This document shows positions 61,101 to 64,000 of a DNA stretch of 64,000 nucleotides, piece by piece. Source of the DNA: Octopus sinensis. Lineage: Eukaryota. The notes below the pieces were generated by a model. The model was given only the letters and a program-made list of their open reading frames with translations. It was not told the DNA's origin and searched no databases. Made by a program: the position numbers and the translations under genes. The first letter of the stretch is position 1. The number at the start of each line of letters is the position of its first letter. Location: the NCBI RefSeq assembly GCF_006345805.1, contig NC_043013.1, positions 24,056,001 to 24,120,000 of the forward strand, written 5' to 3'.

Positions 61101-63394
61101 AGTCCCTGTGTTTCTCCCAGATACTTTCCCAACATTAGAGATAAAGCATTACATTTGAAATGCTGTCTCTGTTTTTTCCTTAAATCCATTCTTGCTAATT
61201 CACCTTAAATCCATGCAAGTGAGATAACATGAGAGCTATGAGGTTCAGACAATTCACTACCTGCTGATCATTTACTCATAAGTTCACACATTATTAGTTT
61301 TATCATAATCTACAAAATGATTGTTAGCATTAATAAGGGCCCTCAACAGGAAAGATCAGTTGATCCCCGCCCTCCAATAAAAGGATGCAAAACAACTGTT
61401 TCTTATATGGAATCTGTTATACATGTTTGGATGTATTAGTATTTACTAAAGTTTTAACTTATTAATCTTTTGTATCACATAGTTCTAAATTTTCCTTTAA
61501 TTTACGAGCATTTTACACGGTCCAATCTGTGGATATGGAAGTTTGATGCTTGTCGAATTTTCCATTCTCTGTCTTTGCTGATCCATCAGGAGAGACACAG
61601 TTGTTGTAGAAAGACAAACTTGTTGGCTGTAATGTTTCTGGAGACAAACTTGTAAACTCTGCTCATTTATTGTTTCTCTCTTAATTATTTATCTCATTAG
61701 CAATTTGGCTAAATTTCTTGCTATATGTGATTTCACTAAATTATTATTGACTGCAGTGTTGGTGCAGAAAGTTAAAGTTGCAGACAGCAGAGTCAGTAAT
61801 GTGTAGTGGTGTAGTCGATGGAGTGATTTTTCAATCTTTTTTCTTTCAATGGTTCATTGAAAGAAAAGTTAAACTTAATACAGTACACCCTACCTTCAGT
61901 GTCTTTATAGCTTTTGCTATATAAAACAACAGTAAAAAAAAAAAAAAACAATTAAAATAGCTTTAAAGCAGGGATTAGTGTAGAGGTAAGTGAAATCAAA
62001 ATCAAATTCGATGACTGGCATCCGTGCTAGTGGGGTGCAAAGAGCACCATACGAGTGTGATCATTGACAGAGCGGCTAACCGGCTTCCATGCCAGTGGGA
62101 CTTAAAAGGCACCATTCGAGTGTGATCATTACCAGCGTCGCCTTACTGGCACTTGAGCGCCGTGCTAGTAGGGTATTAAGAGCACCATCTGAGCGTGATC
62201 GTTGCCAGAGCGGCTAACTGTCCTCCGTGCTGGTGGCACGTAAAAGACACCATTCAAGCGTGATCGTTACCAGCATCGCCTTACTGGCACCTGTGCCAGT
62301 GGCATGTGTATAAAGATTCGAGCGAGGTCGTTGCCATTACTGCCTGACTGGCCCTGTGCTGGTGGCATGTAAAAGCACCCACTACACTCTCGAATTGGTT
62401 GGCGTTAGGTAGGGCATCCAGATGTAAAACCTCTGCCAGATCAAGATTGGAGCCTGGTGCAACCATCTGATTCGCCAGCCCTCAGTCAAAATCGTCCAAC
62501 CCATGCTAGCATGGAAAGCGGACGTTAAACGATGATGATGATGATGATTGCGGAGTTGGCTAAAAGAGAATGTATTTGTGCAGTGTGGATCTTTAAAAAC
62601 AATCAAGTTTTCTAAATGTGTGTGCATTTTTGAACTGACTCAAAACTTTGCAGCACACTTGCAGATATGCATGACACAATGGCTTGAAATGTTTGGTTAA
62701 AAGGGTCAAACATGTAGTATTGGCATCGAGAGAAAACTAAGTTATATTTAATAATTTGTATGGTAGGTGTTCTTATTAATAAGATGGATTAGCTCTAAAG
62801 ATATCCTACTTAGAAAGTAAAGATTACCAGGGTATTACTGGTGCATCACCAGCTTACCAAAGTTTGCTCTTGTGCCCATGTAAGCTGTTGTTGTAATTGT
62901 TGTTGAGATGCAAGTTTGTATTTTTTGTATGTTTTAATAACTTTATTTTAATCTTTAGGATACTTCGTTTTCTTGGGATGACTTCCAACTGAAGAACAAC
63001 TGTGAATTACTTAACAACATAGGGAACTTTATTAATAGGTAAATCTCTCTCTCTCTTCCAGTAAGAATAATTTTTAATTAGATGATAATTGTTAAATATT
63101 TGTATAAAAAGCAGAATTTAGTAAAATTCTGTTAGAGTTTTCCTTAACTTGGTATTATAATTATTCTTGTCTGCTAAATTATATCCTAGATTTTAATAGT
63201 TTTCTTGTTTCAACACTTTCTAAATACTTTGAATGTATAAAGAAACTCTGATTGTTTTGTAGAGCCTTGATGTTTATCAGCAACAGTTTTCAGCAGACAA
63301 TCCAGGCCATGGACCTAATTGAGGGAGATGAAAAGCTCATTGCTCAAATTAACAAACTTTTGCATCGTTATATAGAAAACATGGAATGTACCAA
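25962..63394 (+). CDS. MARS1: Methionine--tRNA ligase, cytoplasmic (18 exons in window; 3' end beyond window)
   Basis: join(25962..26076,29147..29237,30219..30309,34221..34361,36437..36512,37800..37915,40002..40142,43422..43525,44868..44984,45277..45480,47030..47119,48488..48674,49695..49865,52504..52599,56971..57088,60344..60477,62959..63038,63263..63394). All introns are GT-AG, phases are compatible, and there are no internal stops. Motifs: [27 protein letters not shown], 4x Cxx[31 protein letters not shown]. Confidence 0.97.
27259..27652 (-). mobile_element. Non-autonomous Helitron (same family as 1606-2118) with internal tandem duplication
   Basis: A|TC...hairpin...CTAG|T termini. The ~100-bp block atttttagagagtta...actcatcgtagac is present twice. 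Confidence 0.85.
28510..28725 (-). mobile_element. tRNA-derived CORE-type SINE
   Basis: Reverse-complement similarity to 354-560. Confidence 0.7.
28955..29087 (+). mobile_element. Truncated tRNA-derived SINE (second family)
   Basis: gggtcgataaattaagtaccagttacgcact...gccccttgtgggtaataaagaaa, near-identical to the 3' half of 56646-56864. Confidence 0.8.
29147..29237 (+). CDS. MARS1: MARS1 exon 2
   Basis: ttgcag|; (E)[29 protein letters not shown](R), like human [28 protein letters not shown]; donor gtaata. Confidence 0.92.
30219..30309 (+). CDS. MARS1: MARS1 exon 3
   Basis: cacag|; [30 protein letters not shown], like human NQWLEWEATELQ; donor gtatgt. Confidence 0.92.
30863..31945 (+). mobile_element. 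Internally deleted piggyBac-like DNA transposon
   Basis: TTAA TSDs (30859-30862, 31946-31949); perfect 12-bp TIRs CCCTTTCGTTAC/GTAACGAAAGGG; subterminal direct repeat aaaccgcccaaagc(c/t)gccc. ORF 31142-31579 encodes an acidic N-terminus plus ...FSEETGP...ALDYFFLLF...TNRY...W (PGBD transposase N-terminal half), then a frameshifted IMGIRRLP. Confidence 0.92.
31990..32620 (-). mobile_element. Possible degraded Penelope-like element 5' region
   Basis: Weak resemblance of the minus-strand peptide ([17 protein letters not shown]) to PLE N-terminal regions; heavily decayed. Confidence 0.3.
33420..34050 (+). mobile_element. RTE 3' end, subfamily with ~42-bp tandem unit in 3' UTR
   Basis: ORF end ([16 protein letters not shown]), three copies of gagc(a/g)ttgggcctcatgga(a/g)gcaaagtggctgagtt, then the shared tail. 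The same subfamily is in reverse at 52617-53200. Confidence 0.8.
34221..34361 (+). CDS. MARS1: MARS1 exon 4
   Basis: ttccag|; [47 protein letters not shown]; donor gtaagt; phase 0-0. Confidence 0.85.
35891..36421 (+). mobile_element. CR1-clade LINE 3' end with (ATT)n tail
   Basis: [14 protein letters not shown]...YPERLTSLG..., TRGHIYKV...[21 protein letters not shown]...SFKT (CR1 hallmark). A second copy is in reverse at 56266-56560. Confidence 0.9.
36437..36512 (+). CDS. MARS1: MARS1 exon 5
   Basis: tttcag|; [25 protein letters not shown] (GST-C 'ADI.LW..LY' motif); donor gtatgt. Confidence 0.92.
37800..37915 (+). CDS. MARS1: MARS1 exon 6
   Basis: tttaag|; (D)[38 protein letters not shown]; donor gtaaac. 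Confidence 0.88.
38247..39007 (-). mobile_element. Non-autonomous Helitron, different internal sequence, same terminal motifs
   Basis: A|TC(TC)n(TA)n start, (CTGT)n microsatellite, hairpin cccggcgttgcccggg (38259-38274), CTAG|T end. Confidence 0.82.
39195..39530 (-). mobile_element. Solo right end of the same piggyBac-like family
   Basis: TTAA (39191-39194) + CCCTTTCGTTAC; reverse complement of ~31620-31945. The other end was not found. Confidence 0.85.
40002..40142 (+). CDS. MARS1: MARS1 exon 7 (K/S/Q/P-rich linker, phase 0-0)
   Basis: attgcag|; [47 protein letters not shown]; donor CAG|gtgaga. Open in the required frame, but no recognisable homology. Confidence 0.7.
40175..42480 (-). mobile_element. 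5'-truncated RTE-clade LINE, ~2.3 kb, decayed RT
   Basis: [67 protein letters not shown]; (CAT)n tail at 40175. Confidence 0.93.
42560..43330 (+). mobile_element. CR1-clade RT fragment
   Basis: IMEQIVRK..., [28 protein letters not shown]; frameshifted. Confidence 0.75.
43422..43525 (+). CDS. MARS1: MARS1 exon 8
   Basis: tttcag|; [34 protein letters not shown](I), like human EEEIAMAVTAWEK...QQNPV; donor gtaagg. Confidence 0.9.
43880..44283 (+). mobile_element. RTE 3' UTR/tail copy with four hairpin units (second partial tail at 44366-44535)
   Basis: gtgccggtggcac units, shared tail and (ATG)n end. Confidence 0.85.
44868..44984 (+). CDS. MARS1: MARS1 exon 9 (HIGH motif = HLGN)
   Basis: [38 protein letters not shown](R); tatag| and gtaatc. 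Confidence 0.98.
45277..45480 (+). CDS. MARS1: MARS1 exon 10
   Basis: [40 protein letters not shown]...[10 protein letters not shown](E); ctag| and gtaggt. Confidence 0.98.
45540..45870 (-). mobile_element. tRNA-derived CORE-type SINE (degraded)
   Basis: Reverse similarity to 354-740 (cacttgccccaggtg...gtggaactgaacc). Confidence 0.65.
46203..46697 (+). mobile_element. RTE-tail retroposon, variant 3' UTR array
   Basis: Units gcaccattcgag(c/t)gtgat(c/t)gtt(a/g)ccagc...gccttactggcac followed by the shared tail. Same subfamily as 62001-62548. Confidence 0.8.
47030..47119 (+). CDS. MARS1: MARS1 exon 11
   Basis: [29 protein letters not shown](R); tttag| and gttggt. Confidence 0.95.
47590..48355 (-). 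mobile_element. Second RTE family insertion with inverted 5' part
   Basis: Minus strand 48002-47590 encodes ATVESVLL...[21 protein letters not shown]...LLLWMPKHG...ASSTR. Plus strand 48005-48355 encodes the upstream RT part DYADDL...[10 protein letters not shown]...KAWSTLNKL...RNFFHA. Confidence 0.85.
48488..48674 (+). CDS. MARS1: MARS1 exon 12 (zinc knuckles)
   Basis: [62 protein letters not shown]; ccag| and gtaaat. Confidence 0.98.
48930..49257 (+). mobile_element. RTE-tail copy with near-perfect 62-bp tandem units, nested in an older short repeat
   Basis: Unit starts at 48950, 49012 and 49074. The host repeat (gaccttatgatcaaag...ttttttcagataatg | tatgttggactacattg) resumes after the (ATG)n tail. 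Confidence 0.85.
49695..49865 (+). CDS. MARS1: MARS1 exon 13
   Basis: [57 protein letters not shown]; ttcag| and gtaagt. Confidence 0.97.
50340..51375 (-). mobile_element. Tc1-like DNA transposon remnant (3' end lost)
   Basis: TA + TIR CAGGGGTTGGACAAAATAATGGAAACA at 51375; peptides [43 protein letters not shown]...LIWPP. Confidence 0.85.
52504..52599 (+). CDS. MARS1: MARS1 exon 14
   Basis: [32 protein letters not shown]; ccag| and gtgggt. Confidence 0.98.
52617..54795 (-). mobile_element. RTE LINE (52617-~54280) joined to a second, more diverged RT segment (~54285-54795)
   Basis: Tail, [48 protein letters not shown]. The RT block is then repeated in a diverged version. Confidence 0.9.
55917..56280 (+). 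mobile_element. Dong/R4-clade LINE 3' fragment in (AAT)n
   Basis: [14 protein letters not shown]...[28 protein letters not shown] (R4/Dong C-terminus); (AAT)n on both sides. Confidence 0.8.
56266..56560 (-). mobile_element. CR1-clade LINE 3' end
   Basis: Reverse complement of 36140-36421. Confidence 0.88.
56646..56864 (+). mobile_element. Young tRNA-derived SINE with 12-bp TSD
   Basis: A-box-like tggcagaaacgttagc, B-box gagttcaaattcc, core ctttgcctttcatcctttcagggtcgataaa; TSD TATCATTTCGTG at 56634-56645 and 56865-56876. Confidence 0.9.
56971..57088 (+). CDS. MARS1: MARS1 exon 15
   Basis: [39 protein letters not shown](E); aacag| and gtgagt. Confidence 0.97.
57730..58235 (-). repeat. Probable retroposon 3' end of unassigned family with (AAT)n tail
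   Basis: Higher-GC block ending in an (ATT)n run at 57714-57729. No second copy in the window, so the class is unsupported. Confidence 0.4.
58240..59730 (+). mobile_element. Older RTE-clade LINE copy (RT C-terminal part, PHD-like insert, 3' UTR, tail)
   Basis: [20 protein letters not shown]...[48 protein letters not shown]; tail gatgttaaatgatgatg. Confidence 0.85.
60344..60477 (+). CDS. MARS1: MARS1 exon 16 (KMSKS motif = KFSKS)
   Basis: [44 protein letters not shown]; ttcag| and gtgagt. Confidence 0.98.
62001..62548 (+). mobile_element. RTE-tail retroposon, variant 3' UTR array
   Basis: Same unit and tail as 46203-46697; (GAT)n end. Confidence 0.82.
62959..63038 (+). CDS. MARS1: MARS1 exon 17
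   Basis: [26 protein letters not shown](R); tttag| and gtaaat. Confidence 0.97.
63263..63394 (+). CDS. MARS1: MARS1 exon 18 (anticodon-binding domain start)
   Basis: [43 protein letters not shown](K); tgtag| and gtaagt. Confidence 0.93.
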
Positions 63395-63489
63395 GTAAGT
63401 TGCTGTGTTTTTTGTCTCTGTAACCTTTGCAGCTTTTATCTCTGTTTCTCATGTGAAAGACTATATTCATTTTCACTGGCTCTCTGTCA

Positions 63490-63765
63490 GTTATGACGAT
63501 GAGTGTTCCGGTTGATCCGATCAACAGAACAGCCTACTTGTTAGTGTGCAAATGGTTGAGTACTCCACAGATATGTGGATTCAGCGTGACAAGGCTGCTG
63601 GTCCCTTTGTAATTACTGGTACAACTCATTTTTGTCAGCTGAGTGGACTAAACAACGTGAAATAGAGTCTCTTGCTCAAGGGTACAGCTTGTCACCAGAA
63701 ATTGAACTCACAATCTTACCATCATGAACTGAACATTCTAACCACTTAAGCCACAAATATACAAA
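63490..63765 (-). mobile_element. tRNA-derived CORE-type SINE; further SINE remnant 63800-64000
   Basis: Reverse tRNA-like head (gaattgaactcacaatc...ctaaccacttaagccac) and CORE-like gtctcttgctcaagggtac. Confidence 0.6.
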
Positions 63766-64000
63766 TGTGTGCAATAACAATTACTTTCACCTGCCTTTAA
63801 TCGGCACAGGGCCAGCAATTTCAGGGGAGGAGTAAGTCAGTTAGATTGACCCCATTGTTCAACTGGTACTTATTTTATCAACCTCAAAAAGAGGGAAGGC
63901 AAAATCAACCTTGGCAGCATTTGAACTCAGAACTTAAAGATAGATGAAATGTCGCTAAGCATTTTGCCTGGCATGCTAACGATCCTGCCAGCTTACCACT

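Noticed and set aside
25962-63394. Non-canonical (GC-AG or U12) introns, pseudogenisation or recoding signals in MARS1
   Set aside because: All 17 introns are GT-AG, the phases join without frameshift, and there are no in-frame stops. Intronic snoRNAs could not be supported by eye.

Overview
AT-rich, intron-rich animal genomic DNA, not prokaryotic. The microsatellite load and the retroposon families look like an octopus/cephalopod genome; this is an inference from recalled repeat families, not a search result. Two host genes lie on the + strand. (1) The last coding exon of an AGAP/centaurin-gamma-type ArfGAP (2641-2838), followed by about 11 kb of transposon-poor sequence that may be a very long 3' UTR. 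(2) Cytoplasmic methionyl-tRNA synthetase (MARS1), for which 18 GT-AG exons were reconstructed in frame from the ATG at 25962 to 63394 (2204 nt, 734 codons + 2 nt); the gene continues past the window. It has an N-terminal GST-like domain, an HLGN (HIGH) motif, four CxxC zinc-knuckle motifs and KFSKS. The rest is a dense mosaic of RTE, CR1, Penelope-like, Dong/R4 and HERO-like retrotransposon remnants, tRNA-derived SINEs, Helitrons, piggyBac, mariner and Tc1 relics. The most unusual structures are an old fold-back inverted duplication with ~500-bp arms spanning a mariner end plus flanking DNA, an RTE insertion with a twin-priming-like 5' inversion, a PHD-like finger inside RTE ORF2, hairpin arrays in RTE 3' UTRs, a Helitron with an extra GC-rich segment, and an enlarged, separately encoded linker exon in MetRS. 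No CRISPR array, rRNA or true tRNA gene was found, and I cannot claim a wholly new biological system from the sequence alone.
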